A program made the position numbers and the translations under genes. A stretch of DNA of 58,071 bases. Source: an uncultured Oscillospiraceae bacterium (GTDB lineage: Bacteria > Bacillota > Clostridia > Oscillospirales > Oscillospiraceae). Location of the stretch: assembly GCA_964485125.1 (NCBI GenBank), contig CAZAIF010000001.1, positions 1 to 58,071 of the forward strand, written 5' to 3'. Position 1 is the stretch's first letter; every line of letters starts with the position of its first letter. Shown here piece after piece: positions 46,037 to 55,460 of this stretch. The notes under the pieces are model-generated. The model searched no databases, was not told the DNA's origin, and saw nothing but the letters and a program-made list of their open reading frames with translations.

Positions 46037-47032
46037 TCACGCCTCCTCCTTTCGGCCCCGGCGGCAGGTGGTCAGGTGGCCGCTCCCCGGGGCCACAGGA
46101 ACCAGCTCGCCGGTGTATCCGTCGCACTCCGGGCAGGCGAAGGGACAGCGGGGGCGGAACCGGCACCCCTCCCCGGGCTGGATGCGGGAGGCGGCCTCGC
46201 CGCTCAGGGTGATGCCCTCCTCCCCCCGCACGTCCGGGTCGGGCACCGGCACCGCGTCGCATAGGGCCCGGGTGTAGGGGTGCATCGGGTCGCGGAAGAG
46301 CTCCTTGGCCTCGGCGATCTCCACGATCTGGCCCAGGTACATGACCGCGATCCGGTCGCTGACGTAGTTCACCGCTCCCAGGCCGTGGCCGATGAACAGA
46401 TAGGCCAGCCCCAGCTCCCGCTGGAGCTGCCGGAACAGGTTGAGGATCTGGGCCTGGATGGACACGTCCAGGGCGGATACCGGCTCGTCGCAGACGATGA
46501 GCCGGGGCCGCAGGGAGAGGGCCTTGGCGATGGCCACCCGCTGGCGCTGGCCGCCGGAGAATTCGTGGGGATAGCGGTTCTTGGCCCGCTTGGGCATGCC
46601 GACCAGGTCCAGCAGCCGGTCCACCTCCGCCTCGGCGGTCCGGCGGGTGACCAGCCCGTGGTGGATCATGGGGTCGGCCAGGATCTGAAAGACGTGCTTC
46701 TTGGGGTTCAGGGAGGAGTAGTTGTCCTGGAACACCATCTGCAGCTGGGTGCGCACCTGGGCGAGCTGGCGGGGCTTGGCCTGGGTGAGCTCCAGGCCGT
46801 CAAAGCGGATGGAGCCCGAGGTGGGGGTTTCCAGCCGGACGATCTGGCGGCCGATGGTGCTCTTGCCGCAGCCCGACTCCCCCACCAGGCCCAGGGTGGT
46901 GCCCGCGTCGATGGAGAAGCTCACGTCGTCCACCGCGTGGACATAGCCGGTGACGTGGGTGATTACGCCCCCCTTCACCGGGTAATAGACCTTCAGGTGC
47001 TCCACCTGGAGCAGGGGTTCTGTCTGGCTCAT
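46037..47032 (-). CDS. oligopeptide/dipeptide ABC transporter ATP-binding protein (OppF type)
   Basis: 'GESGCGKST', '[12 protein letters not shown]', '[11 protein letters not shown]', C-terminal 'HPYT.AL' and Cys-rich oligopeptide tail. Confidence 0.92.
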   Translation of the reverse strand: MSQTEPLLQVEHLKVYYPVKGGVITHVTGYVHAVDDVSFSIDAGTTLGLVGESGCGKSTIGRQIVRLETPTSGSIRFDGLELTQAKPRQLAQVRTQLQMVFQDNYSSLNPKKHVFQILADPMIHHGLVTRRTAEAEVDRLLDLVGMPKRAKNRYPHEFSGGQRQRVAIAKALSLRPRLIVCDEPVSALDVSIQAQILNLFRQLQRELGLAYLFIGHGLGAVNYVSDRIAVMYLGQIVEIAEAKELFRDPMHPYTRALCDAVPVPDPDVRGEEGITLSGEAASRIQPGEGCRFRPRCPFACPECDGYTGELVPVAPGSGHLTTCRRGRKEEA

Positions 47033-48003
47033 TGGCTCGCCTCCCTCCACCGGCCGCAGCGCACCCGGTGCTCCGGCGACACCTCACAGGCCGTCTGGGC
47101 CCGCTCGCAGGCCGGGACGGCATAGGGACAGCGGGAGCGGAACCTGCAGCCGGTCATTTTTTCGTAGTGCTCGGGCACCGTGTCCTGGATGGACTCCAGC
47201 ACCCGTTCCCGGGTGTCCCGGATACTGGGGACGCTCTTGAGCAGGGCCCGGGTATAGGGGTGGGCCGGGGCGTGGAACAGCTCCCGCACCGGGGCCCGCT
47301 CCACGATCTGGCCGGCGTACATGACGATGACCTGGTCTGCCACCTGAGCCACCAGCCCCATGTCGTGGGTGATGAGCAGGATGCTCATGCCGTTCTCCCG
47401 CTGGAGCTGCTTCAACAGGGCCATAATCTGCTTCTGGATGGTCACATCCAGGGCGGTGGTGGGCTCGTCGGCGATGAGCAGCTTGGGGTCGCAGCCCAGG
47501 GCCATGGCAATCATTACCCGCTGGCGCTGGCCGCCGGAGAGGGTGTGGGGGTAGGAGCGGAAGACCGACTCCGGGTCGGGCAGCCCCACCTTGCCCAGCA
47601 GCCGGATGGCCCGCTCCCTGGCTTGGGGGCGGGAGAGCTTCATATGGGCGCGGATGCCCTCGGTGAGCTGGTTGCCTACGGTGAACACCGGGTTCAGGCT
47701 GCTGAGAGCGTCCTGAAAGATCATGGACAGCTTGCTGCCCCGGACCTGGTCCAGCTCCTTCTCGGTCAGGGAGGTGAGCTCCCGGCCGTCAAAGACCACC
47801 CGCCCGCCTGTGACGGAGCCGCCCCGGCTCAGCAGGCCCATGATGGACAGGCAGGTGACGCTCTTGCCGCAGCCCGACTCACCCACAATGCACAGGGTCT
47901 GGCCGGGGAGCACGTCAAAGCTCACGTCGTCCACCACCGCCCCGGAGCCGAAGTCGCCGGTGAAGGTGGTCTCCAGATGTTGAACGGAGAGGATGGGTTC
48001 CAT
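47029..48003 (-). CDS. oligopeptide/dipeptide ABC transporter ATP-binding protein (OppD type)
   Basis: 'GESGCGKSV', '[12 protein letters not shown]', '[11 protein letters not shown]', 'HPYT.ALL.S.P'. Confidence 0.92.
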   Translation of the reverse strand: MEPILSVQHLETTFTGDFGSGAVVDDVSFDVLPGQTLCIVGESGCGKSVTCLSIMGLLSRGGSVTGGRVVFDGRELTSLTEKELDQVRGSKLSMIFQDALSSLNPVFTVGNQLTEGIRAHMKLSRPQARERAIRLLGKVGLPDPESVFRSYPHTLSGGQRQRVMIAMALGCDPKLLIADEPTTALDVTIQKQIMALLKQLQRENGMSILLITHDMGLVAQVADQVIVMYAGQIVERAPVRELFHAPAHPYTRALLKSVPSIRDTRERVLESIQDTVPEHYEKMTGCRFRSRCPYAVPACERAQTACEVSPEHRVRCGRWREASQ

Positions 48004-48157
48004 AGTGCCTCACTTCCTCGCGTGATAGTATGCTGGCCCTCCCGGGCCGCCGGGGCGCCGGGAGGGCAAAAGGAGCGCCGTCCCAAAAACCGGGAAAGAG
48101 CGGTACGCCGCATGCGCGGCGTACCGCCCGGTCACGGCGCGGCAGGGGAACCCGGCG

Positions 48158-49792
48158 TTACTCGGCGAGGGTCCACTCCTCGATATGGTTCAGGCACCCG
48201 TACATGCTGGGGGTGGCGTTCTGGAGCCGGTTGCTCACGGCGCCAAGGGGGGCGTTGATATACAGGTTGATCACGGGCACGCTCTCCTGGACATAGCTGT
48301 CGATGGCGTACAGGGCGTCGGCGTAGGCCTCAGAGTCGTTGGTGGACCAGAGGACGTTCAGGTTCTCCTCCACCTCGGGCGTCAGGGCGTGGCACCAGGA
48401 GCCCAGCACATACTGGATGTCCCAGGAGGGGTCCACCGGGGGATAGGTGTACTGGACGGCGATCATGGCCGCGTCCTCGGTGCCGGCCAGGGTCATCAGG
48501 GTGTCCAGATCCACGCTGCGGATTTCCACATTGATGCCCACGGCCTGCCAGGCCTGCTGGGCCAGCTGGATGGCGTAGCTCAGCTGGGTCTCTCCGCTGT
48601 TGGCATAGAGGGTGTAGGTGGTGTTGGGGTCCCAGCCCTCGGCCTCGGCGGCGGCCACCAGCTCAGCGGCGCGGTCGGTGTCGGTGGCGGTGGGGGTCAG
48701 ATCCCGCCAGTAGGGCCCGTCGGGCACGGCGAAGCCGTCGGCCAGATCACCCTCCCCATCCAGCAGTCCGTCGATGATCTGCTGCCGGTCCAGGGCGTAG
48801 AGCATGGCCTGCCGGATGTTCTCGTTGTCCACGATCTCGGTGTTGATGAACACACCCTCCACCGAGTAGGCGTCGCCGTAGACGCATGTCACGTTCTCCA
48901 GGGCCTGGACGCTCTCATAGTCCTCCTGGTCGATGGTGCCCAGCAGGGGGGGGACGATGTCGATCTCCCCGGATTGGAGGGCGGCGTACAGGCTGGCGCT
49001 GTCCACCACCAGAATGTTGGCGTAGGGGATGTTGACCTCGCCCCGCCAGAAGTTGGGGTTGGCCTCATAGGTCACATAGTGATCGCTGTCGAAGCTGGTG
49101 GCCATATAGGGGCCGTCCACCACGTCCGGGTGGTTGAACCAGTCGTAGGCGGCGAACTCCTCCTCGGGCACATCGGAGAGGACGTGCTCAGGGATGACAA
49201 AGATGTACTGGGCGTAGCCGTTGAGGAAACTGGTCATGTTCATCTCGTATTTAAAGGTGAACTCCACGGTCTTCTCATCCACGATGGTGACGCCCTCGAT
49301 GCTCTCGGCGCCTTCAGCGACATAGCCGGTCTCATCGTCGGTGCCCACCAGAGCGAAGAGCATCATGGCCGGGTTGGCGATGACCGGGGAGGCCAGGCGC
49401 AGCATGGTAAAGGCCAGATCGGAGCTGGTCACCGGCTCGCCGTCGCTCCAAGCGGCGTCCTCGTTGATGTGGATGGTGTAATGGATGTTGTCCTCAGTGG
49501 TAATACTGTCGGCCAGGATGTACTCGAACTCTGCGTTCTCATCCATGGCGACCAGGGGCAGGAACGACATGGAGATGGCGTACATGCTGCTCCAGGTGGC
49601 ATCCACCAGGGTGGGGTTCAGCGAACTGATACTGGAGGTGCAGCCGATGTTGACCACGCCGTCGCCGGAGGAGGTATTGGCGCTGCCGTTTTCGCCGGAC
49701 TGGGCGGTGCCGGAAGCGCCGCAGGCGGCCAGAGAGAGGGCCAGGGACAGGGCGAGAAGCATGGCGACAATGCGGTGCAGGTGTTTTTTCAT
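48158..49792 (-). CDS. peptide ABC transporter substrate-binding lipoprotein (family 5)
   Basis: Signal plus lipobox LSLAACGAS; 544 aa; first gene of the operon; ATG 49792. Confidence 0.88.
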   Translation of the reverse strand: MKKHLHRIVAMLLALSLALSLAACGASGTAQSGENGSANTSSGDGVVNIGCTSSISSLNPTLVDATWSSMYAISMSFLPLVAMDENAEFEYILADSITTEDNIHYTIHINEDAAWSDGEPVTSSDLAFTMLRLASPVIANPAMMLFALVGTDDETGYVAEGAESIEGVTIVDEKTVEFTFKYEMNMTSFLNGYAQYIFVIPEHVLSDVPEEEFAAYDWFNHPDVVDGPYMATSFDSDHYVTYEANPNFWRGEVNIPYANILVVDSASLYAALQSGEIDIVPPLLGTIDQEDYESVQALENVTCVYGDAYSVEGVFINTEIVDNENIRQAMLYALDRQQIIDGLLDGEGDLADGFAVPDGPYWRDLTPTATDTDRAAELVAAAEAEGWDPNTTYTLYANSGETQLSYAIQLAQQAWQAVGINVEIRSVDLDTLMTLAGTEDAAMIAVQYTYPPVDPSWDIQYVLGSWCHALTPEVEENLNVLWSTNDSEAYADALYAIDSYVQESVPVINLYINAPLGAVSNRLQNATPSMYGCLNHIEEWTLAE

Positions 49793-49981
49793 CAATTCTC
49801 GATCTCCCTTCGTAGAGAAATTCACCTGTGCCCAGGGGGGACAGGCAATATGGATATTATAAAGTATAGAAAAACAAAATACCAGAGTTTTTCCTTGGAA
49901 TTTCACATCAATTTGCGGGATGGACAGGTGCATTTTGTTGTGGGAACTGTGATTTTCCGCCTGTCCGGACCGCTGGAGCGG

Positions 49982-50018
49982 AAAAACCCGCAGGGCCGGG
50001 CGTGTCCGGCCCTGCGGG
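49982..50018 (-). terminator. rho-independent terminator after the thioesterase gene
   Basis: Minus strand CCCGCAGGGCCGG-loop-CCGGCCCTGCGGG followed by TTTTT. Confidence 0.8.
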
Positions 50019-50023
50019 CAGCT

Positions 50024-50410
50024 TCAGTTTGCCTTGGCGTTTGCCTTGGACTGGAACTTATTGTTTTCCACCAGAAAGCGCTCATGGGTGCCCTGGCCCA
50101 CCAGGCCGGCCTGGTCGTAGACCCGGGCGGAGAAGACCAGCTTCCGCCGGTCCACCTCCACCAGCTCGGTCTCGGCGGTGACGGTCATCCCCACCGGGGT
50201 GGCGGACAGGTGCTGGACGTTGAGGGCGGTGCCCACGCTGCCCCAGCCCGGCTCCAGTTCCGGGGCGACGCTGGTGTAGGCGGCCTGTTCGATCAGGGCG
50301 ATCATGGCCGGGGTGGCGAACACCTCCAGGGTGCCGCTGCCCATGGCCTTTGCCGTGTTGGCCGGGGAGACGGTGACGCTCTCGCGGCCCTTGATTCCTG
50401 GTTGCAGCAT
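50024..50410 (-). CDS. hotdog-fold thioesterase family protein
   Basis: 128 aa 'V....TA.AMGSG.L.VFATP.MIAL.E.A......L......SVGT...V.HL.ATP.G..V.A...L.....R...F...'; ATG 50410. Confidence 0.8.
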   Translation of the reverse strand: MLQPGIKGRESVTVSPANTAKAMGSGTLEVFATPAMIALIEQAAYTSVAPELEPGWGSVGTALNVQHLSATPVGMTVTAETELVEVDRRKLVFSARVYDQAGLVGQGTHERFLVENNKFQSKANAKAN

Positions 50411-50465
50411 GATATTTGACCTCCGTATGATGAAAATGAAATAAAACGGGGCGCCGGGGGAGGGT

Positions 50466-51212
50466 TCAGCCTTCGCCGGCGGGGGAGACCGGCCCCAGAT
50501 CCCGCACCGCCACCGCGTACTCCCCCCTGGCGTAGCAGTCGAAGCGGATCTGGGCAAAGCCCATATCCAGGTCGATGGGGACCAGCCCGCCCTCGTCCGC
50601 CGCCAGGGCCTGACCGGCGCAGTCCAGCAGGGCCTCCAGCGCCGGGCGGGGTTCCAGGGGCCAGCGCTGGTGGGAGGGGTAGACGGCATCGTAGGCGGGG
50701 GAGAGCGCCAGCAGCCGCTCCAGGCTGGCCTGAAAGGCGGGGATGGAGGCGCCGGGGCCGAAGAGAAAGACGGGCTGGGTCATCACCGTGTCCCCGGAGA
50801 AGAGCAGCCGGTTTTGCCGGTCCAGCAGGGCCACCGAGCCGGCGGTGTGGCCGGGCACGTGGAGCGCCTCCAGCGCCCGCCCGCCCAGCTCCAGGGACAT
50901 CCCGTCCTCCAGGGGGCGCAGCTTGAGGGCATCCCCCCGGTCCCGGCGGTAGCTCTCCCACTCCGCCGGGTGGACCCAGGCCTCGGCCCATTCCCCGTCC
51001 CCGCCGGTGTGATCCCCGTGGGTGTGGGTGTGGACCAGCTCCACCGGCAGGCCGCACAGCTCCCGGCACAGCCCCCGCAGCCCCTCGAAGGCCCCGAAGC
51101 CCGTGTCCAGCAGCACCGCCCGGTCCCGCCCGGCGATGAGATACAGGTTGATTCCCTCGTCCCACAGCACCCAGAGGCCGGGTGCGGGGGTGTCGATGCG
51201 CGGTTTGCCCAT
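50466..51212 (-). CDS. MBL-fold metallo-hydrolase
   Basis: 'HTHTHGDHTGG', 'VPGHT.GS'. Confidence 0.87.
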   Translation of the reverse strand: MGKPRIDTPAPGLWVLWDEGINLYLIAGRDRAVLLDTGFGAFEGLRGLCRELCGLPVELVHTHTHGDHTGGDGEWAEAWVHPAEWESYRRDRGDALKLRPLEDGMSLELGGRALEALHVPGHTAGSVALLDRQNRLLFSGDTVMTQPVFLFGPGASIPAFQASLERLLALSPAYDAVYPSHQRWPLEPRPALEALLDCAGQALAADEGGLVPIDLDMGFAQIRFDCYARGEYAVAVRDLGPVSPAGEG

Positions 51213-51244
51213 TGTGTCTCCTCCTTTTTTCGTTTCAGATCGTC

Positions 51245-52234
51245 TCAGGCGTAGCCCTCCAGGCCCCGGACGGACACCTCGCCGGAGATCACCGTCTCCC
51301 GGCGGCCGTCCTCATAGCGCACCACCAGGCCGAAGTTGTCGTCCACGTCCTCGGCGAAGGCGTTCTCCTCCCGGCCGCCCCGGATCACCCGCACCGGGCG
51401 GCCCAGGGTGGCGCACCGGGCCCGGTAGCGCTCCACGCTCCAGCCCCCCTGCTGCCAGCGGTTGTACATCTCGTCCACGGCGTTGATGAGCTCCGCCGCC
51501 AGCCGTCCCCGATCCACCCTGTGGCCGGCGGCCATGGCCACGCTTCCGGCCATATCCCGCAGCTCCTGGGGGAAGTCCTCCAGGGCCTGGTTGACGTTGA
51601 CCCCGATGCCCAGCACAATGTACTGCAGCGCGCCGGTTTCCCCCTCCACGCTCATTTCGGTGAGGATGCCGCAGATCTTCCGCCGCTCCAGCAGCACGTC
51701 GTTGGTCCACTTGATCTGGGGGGACAGGCCGCAGGCGGCCTCCACCGCGTCGCACACGGCCACCGCCGCGCAGGCGGTCAGATTGACCGCCCGTTCCGGG
51801 GGCGCCTGGGGCCGCAGCAGGAAGGAGATGTAGATCCCGGCGCCCGGCGGGGACTGGAAGGAGCGGCCCAGCCGGCCCCGGCCGGCGGTCTGCTCGTCGG
51901 CCACCGCCACGGTGCCCTCCAAGGCCCCCTCCAGGGCCATGCGCTTGAGCAGGTTGTTGGTGGAGTCCACCTGTTCCAGGCAGATCAGCTGCCCCCCCAG
52001 CCCCTGGGCGCGCAGCCAGGGGCGGATGGTGCCCTCGCTGAGCCGGTCGGGCCCCGCCACCAGCCGGTAACCCCGGTTGGTGGCGGACTGGATGACATAG
52101 CCCTCCCGGCGCAGGGCAGCCACCGCCTTGCTCACTGCCGCCCGGGAGATGCCCAGGGCGCGGCTGATGTCCTCGCCGGAGCAGTACTGCCCGGCGTGCT
52201 GTTTCAATATGGAGAGGATGGACTCCCGGCTCAT
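51245..52234 (-). CDS. birA: bifunctional biotin operon repressor / biotin-[acetyl-CoA-carboxylase] ligase
   Basis: N-terminal HTH 'SGE.IS..LGISRAAV.K....LR..GY.I', ligase 'QTAGRGR.GR.F.SP.G.G.Y.S', 'KWTND'. Confidence 0.9.
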   Translation of the reverse strand: MSRESILSILKQHAGQYCSGEDISRALGISRAAVSKAVAALRREGYVIQSATNRGYRLVAGPDRLSEGTIRPWLRAQGLGGQLICLEQVDSTNNLLKRMALEGALEGTVAVADEQTAGRGRLGRSFQSPPGAGIYISFLLRPQAPPERAVNLTACAAVAVCDAVEAACGLSPQIKWTNDVLLERRKICGILTEMSVEGETGALQYIVLGIGVNVNQALEDFPQELRDMAGSVAMAAGHRVDRGRLAAELINAVDEMYNRWQQGGWSVERYRARCATLGRPVRVIRGGREENAFAEDVDDNFGLVVRYEDGRRETVISGEVSVRGLEGYA

Positions 52235-52384
52235 GGCCTCAGCTCCTTTTGCCTTGTCGCTTTAGTGTATCATAACCCGGCTGGATGTGCAATTGTTTTG
52301 CCATATGGTTTGCTGATCGCTTCATTTTACAGGGCAAATGGGATTGCAATTTGCCCCGTGGTATGGTAGGATACCCGCTGACCG

Positions 52385-52496
52385 GTTCTCCACACCGGTC
52401 CAACCGGCGCGGGCATGGGACATCAGAGCCCTTCCGCGCCGCTGTGCGGTCTATGTTTCGCCGTACTCTAAATATGAAAAATGGAGGTATCCCGCA
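52385..52496 (+). ncRNA. candidate preQ1-responsive riboswitch (class II/III-like) in the queT leader
   Basis: TTGCAA-17-TAGGAT promoter at 52349-52377; GACCGG/CCGGTC hairpin whose loop CTCCA is complementary to TGGAG of the queT RBS; genomic context only, the consensus was not verified. Confidence 0.3.
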
Positions 52497-53045
52497 ATGA
52501 GAAACAACCTGACCCGCCGGCTGTGCACCGGCGGCGTGATCGCGGCGCTCTACGCCGTGCTCACCCTGGCCCTGCCCATGCTGTCCTATGGACCGGTCCA
52601 GATCCGCTTTTCCGAGGCCCTGACCGTGCTGCCCTTCTTCCTGCCCGAGGCCATCCCCGGCCTGGCGGTGGGCTGCTTTGTGGCCAACCTGATCGGCTCC
52701 CCCTACGCCCTGGACTGGATGGTGGGCACCCTGGCCACCCTGCTGGCCGCCCTCTGGACGTCCAAGCTCCGGCACAGATGGCTGGCCCCCATGCCTCCGG
52801 TGATCTGCAATATGGTCATCGTCGGGGCGGAGATCGCCTGGTTTGAGGGGGGCTTCACCGCCGCCTTCTTCCCCGCCTGGGCCTATAACGCCGTTACCGT
52901 GGGGCTGGGGGAACTGCTGGCCTGCTATATCCTGGGGATGATCCTGGTCAATCTGCTGCCCCGGATCCCCTATTTCCGCCAGATGATGCCCGAGGGGCGC
53001 CTGGCCCGGCTGGACGGGGGCTGGGGCGCCGCCGCGGCCAAATAG
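52497..53045 (+). CDS. queT: queuosine-precursor transporter QueT
   Basis: 182 aa, 5-6 TM, 'LTR.L..GGVIAALY.VLT........YG.VQ.R.SEAL..L....P.AI.GL..GC...NL..S'. Confidence 0.8.
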   Translation: MRNNLTRRLCTGGVIAALYAVLTLALPMLSYGPVQIRFSEALTVLPFFLPEAIPGLAVGCFVANLIGSPYALDWMVGTLATLLAALWTSKLRHRWLAPMPPVICNMVIVGAEIAWFEGGFTAAFFPAWAYNAVTVGLGELLACYILGMILVNLLPRIPYFRQMMPEGRLARLDGGWGAAAAK

Positions 53046-53119
53046 AGAATACGATAGAACCAGTCGCTACAGCGGCCCGCGCAGTGGAGTGCGCGGGCCG
53101 CGTCTGTTGTGGAAAGAGA

Positions 53120-53148
53120 TTGTGCTTTTGTGTCCGGGGATTTATAAT
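53120..53148 (+). promoter_or_regulatory. dedicated promoter of the TIR gene
   Basis: TTGTGC 53120-53125, 17-nt spacer, TATAAT 53143-53148; a GC-rich hairpin (53075-53104) separates it from queT. Confidence 0.55.
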
Positions 53149-53192
53149 AGGAGAAGCCCGTTCCCCAGGGGAGCGGGGCGGGAAAGGAAGGG

Positions 53193-54419
53193 ATGGATTT
53201 GGAATCCTATCAGATTTTTATCAGCTACCGGCGGGACGGGGGCGAGTTCTTCGGGAAGATCCTCTACGACAAATTGAACGCCAAGGGCTACAAGGTGTTC
53301 TTTGACGTGGAGTCCATGCGCTCCGGGCCCTTCAATACCCAGCTGTACAGCGTCATCGACCAGTGCCAGGACTTCCTGCTGATCCTGTCCCCCCACGCCC
53401 TGGACCGGTGCGCCAACCCCGGGGACTGGGTGTGCAGCGAGATCAGCTATGCCATGCAAAAACAGAAAAACATCCTGCCCATCCTCATGCGGGATTTCAC
53501 CTGGCCGGCCCAGCTGCCCGCCTCCATCGCCCAGCTGCCCCAGTACGAGTGCGAGGAGTTCTCCCGCACCTCCAGCCAGGAGCACATTGACGCCTCCGTC
53601 GCCCGGATCTGCAACCGGTTTTTGAAGTCCCGGCCAGCCGGGACCTACCAGTACCGGCTGGCGGACCGGGAGTACTATCCCATCAAGACCCCCTGGAAGC
53701 AGCGCTACAAGTCCTCTTCCGACACCCCCGGGGTGTTTATGGGGGTGCTGGCCTACTTCGCCCGGGCCGGCGGCGGCCAGTCCTGGCGGCCCGAGGAGGG
53801 GTGGGACACCCTGGAGCAGCTGCTGGAATACACCCCCTTCGTCCCCCAGCCCGGCTGGTACAGGGCCAACCGGGGGCGGCTGGAGGGGATGAGGGAGAAG
53901 GCCGCCCAGCTCAGGCGCTACCAGAACCACGGCGAGGACGACGTCTGCTTTTACGCCCAGGCGGTGCAGTATGCCTACGGCTGCCTGACCACCCTCTCCG
54001 GGGAGCTGCTCCGGCGGGCCTCGCCGCTGGGGCTGCGGCATGTGCTGTGCTATTGCATCGACTGGCCCGAAGACCGGTACGGTGAAATGACCTCCGCCTG
54101 CGGCGAGGCGATGCGGGAACAGTTTACCAGCTGCATCCCCCTGGCTTTCACCGCCTGGCCCAACTACTACAGCCGGAAGGCCGGCGCAGGGGGACCCGGC
54201 GGCCGGGTGACCGCCGAAGAACGGCAGAACTTCACCTCCCACGCCATCCTGCTGTTCGACTTCATGCTGGACTGGGGGATGCTGATCAACGACTCCTTCC
54301 AGGACGTCCCCCACCGGACGGCGGTGCGGGACCAGCTGCTGTGCTACTACAAGTGGCTGAAGAAGAACAAGCTCTTTCTGCCCCGGGAGCTCCAGGAGCG
54401 GATCTACCGGGACCTGTGA
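53193..54419 (+). CDS. TIR-domain protein with uncharacterised ~260-aa C-terminal domain
   Basis: aa 6-~140: 'IFISYRRDGGEFFGKILYDKLNAKGYKVFFDVESMRSG..F...L...I..C.DFLLILSPHAL.R.....DWVCSEI..A' matches the TIR pattern, including the W-x-C-x-E glutamate (E83, nt 53439-53441). No motif is recognised in the rest; no TM or signal peptide. Confidence 0.85.
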   Translation: MDLESYQIFISYRRDGGEFFGKILYDKLNAKGYKVFFDVESMRSGPFNTQLYSVIDQCQDFLLILSPHALDRCANPGDWVCSEISYAMQKQKNILPILMRDFTWPAQLPASIAQLPQYECEEFSRTSSQEHIDASVARICNRFLKSRPAGTYQYRLADREYYPIKTPWKQRYKSSSDTPGVFMGVLAYFARAGGGQSWRPEEGWDTLEQLLEYTPFVPQPGWYRANRGRLEGMREKAAQLRRYQNHGEDDVCFYAQAVQYAYGCLTTLSGELLRRASPLGLRHVLCYCIDWPEDRYGEMTSACGEAMREQFTSCIPLAFTAWPNYYSRKAGAGGPGGRVTAEERQNFTSHAILLFDFMLDWGMLINDSFQDVPHRTAVRDQLLCYYKWLKKNKLFLPRELQERIYRDL

Positions 54420-54460
54420 GGGCGGGTTGGGCGAAACTTTTTCAGAAAGGCAGATTTTTC

Positions 54461-54488
54461 TTGACTTTCCCCCGGATTCCGGTATAAT
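54461..54488 (+). promoter_or_regulatory. promoter of rpsF-ssb-rpsR
   Basis: TTGACT 54461-54466, 16-nt spacer, TATAAT 54483-54488; about 95-nt leader. Confidence 0.6.
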
Positions 54489-54583
54489 AAAAAAGCTAGT
54501 GCGCCCATGGGGCCGCTATGCCGATTCTATCCTTGCCTCTGACTGAGTGCGGAGGCCATTTGTCCATAAGGAGGTGCAAATCA

Positions 54584-54880
54584 ATGGCTAAGGTCAATGC
54601 AAACTATGAGGCGATGCTGATCATCAACCCCGCCGTGGGTGAGGAGGCCATCGCCGCTGTGGTGGAGCGTTTCAAGTCTCTGATCGAGAAGAACGGCACC
54701 CTGGCCGAGGTTGATGAGTGGGGGACCCGCCGTCTGGCGTATGAGATCAACCACATCAACGAGGGCTACTATGTGCTGATCAGCTTCAACTCCGCCCCCG
54801 ATCTGCCCGCTGAGGTTGAGCGTATCGCCAACATCACCGACGGCGTGATCCGTTCCCTGGTCGTCTGCAAGGACGAGTAA
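54584..54880 (+). CDS. rpsF: 30S ribosomal protein S6
   Basis: 'YE.M.I..P........V.ERFK..I...G......EWG.R.LAYEI......GYY'; ATG 54584 after AAGGAGG. Confidence 0.93.
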   Translation: MAKVNANYEAMLIINPAVGEEAIAAVVERFKSLIEKNGTLAEVDEWGTRRLAYEINHINEGYYVLISFNSAPDLPAEVERIANITDGVIRSLVVCKDE

Positions 54881-54895
54881 AAAGGAGCGTTTTCC

Positions 54896-55375
54896 ATGTT
54901 AAATCGAATTATCCTGATGGGCCGTCTGACCCGTGACCCGGAGCTGCGCCACACCGGCAGCGGCACCCCGGTGGCCTCATTCTCCCTGGCCGTGGAGCGG
55001 GATTTCCGGGACAAGGCCAGCGGCCAGCGGGCCACCGACTTCATCGACATCGTCGCCTGGCGCTCCACCGGCGAGTTCGTCTCCAAGTACTTCACCAAGG
55101 GCCGCATGGCCGTGGTGGAGGGCCGGCTGCAGATCCGCGACTGGCAGGATCGGGACGGCAACAAGCGCCGCAGCGCCGAGGTGGTGGCCGACAACGTCTA
55201 TTTCGGCGACTCCCGCCGGGACGGCGACAGCCAGGACGGCGGCTATACCCCCTCCTCCTCCGGCTATTCCTCCGCTCCCTCCAGCTATGCGCCTCCGGCC
55301 AACCAGAGCTTCGGCTCCGGTCCGGTCAGCGACTTCGCTGAGCTGAGCGACGACGACGGCGAGCTGCCCTTCTGA
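54896..55375 (+). CDS. ssb: single-stranded DNA-binding protein
   Basis: 'MLNRIILMGRLTRDPELR.T.SG..VA.F.LAV.R', acidic tail 'DDDGELPF'. Confidence 0.95.
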   Translation: MLNRIILMGRLTRDPELRHTGSGTPVASFSLAVERDFRDKASGQRATDFIDIVAWRSTGEFVSKYFTKGRMAVVEGRLQIRDWQDRDGNKRRSAEVVADNVYFGDSRRDGDSQDGGYTPSSSGYSSAPSSYAPPANQSFGSGPVSDFAELSDDDGELPF

Positions 55376-55460
55376 GGGCCGCCGCCCGGACAAGACTTCT
55401 GACCGGGGGCCAGGACAGGCCCCGGTTTGCTCAAATATCTCATAGATAGGAGGTTCCGTT

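Noticed and set aside
48185-50419. 744-aa ORF on the plus strand
   Set aside because: It is antisense to the peptide-binding lipoprotein and thioesterase genes. It is a GC-driven open frame without recognisable motifs.
52280-52360. BirA operator in the birA-queT intergenic region (two TGCAATT copies at ~52286 and ~52347)
   Set aside because: The copies are direct rather than the inverted TGTnAAC-type palindrome expected for BirA operators. No biotin biosynthesis or transport gene is adjacent.
53193-54419. Thoeris (ThsA/ThsB), CBASS/Pycsar or SPARTA assignment for the TIR gene
   Set aside because: No SIR2/Macro-SLOG ThsA, cyclase, STING/SAVED or Argonaute gene is adjacent. Neighbours are queT and rpsF-ssb-rpsR, so it cannot be called a member of those known systems from this window.
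54489-54583. rpsF (S6:S18-binding) leader RNA
   Set aside because: It is plausible from context (about 95-nt leader after the rpsF promoter), but I could not verify the conserved structure by eye. It needs a covariance-model search.
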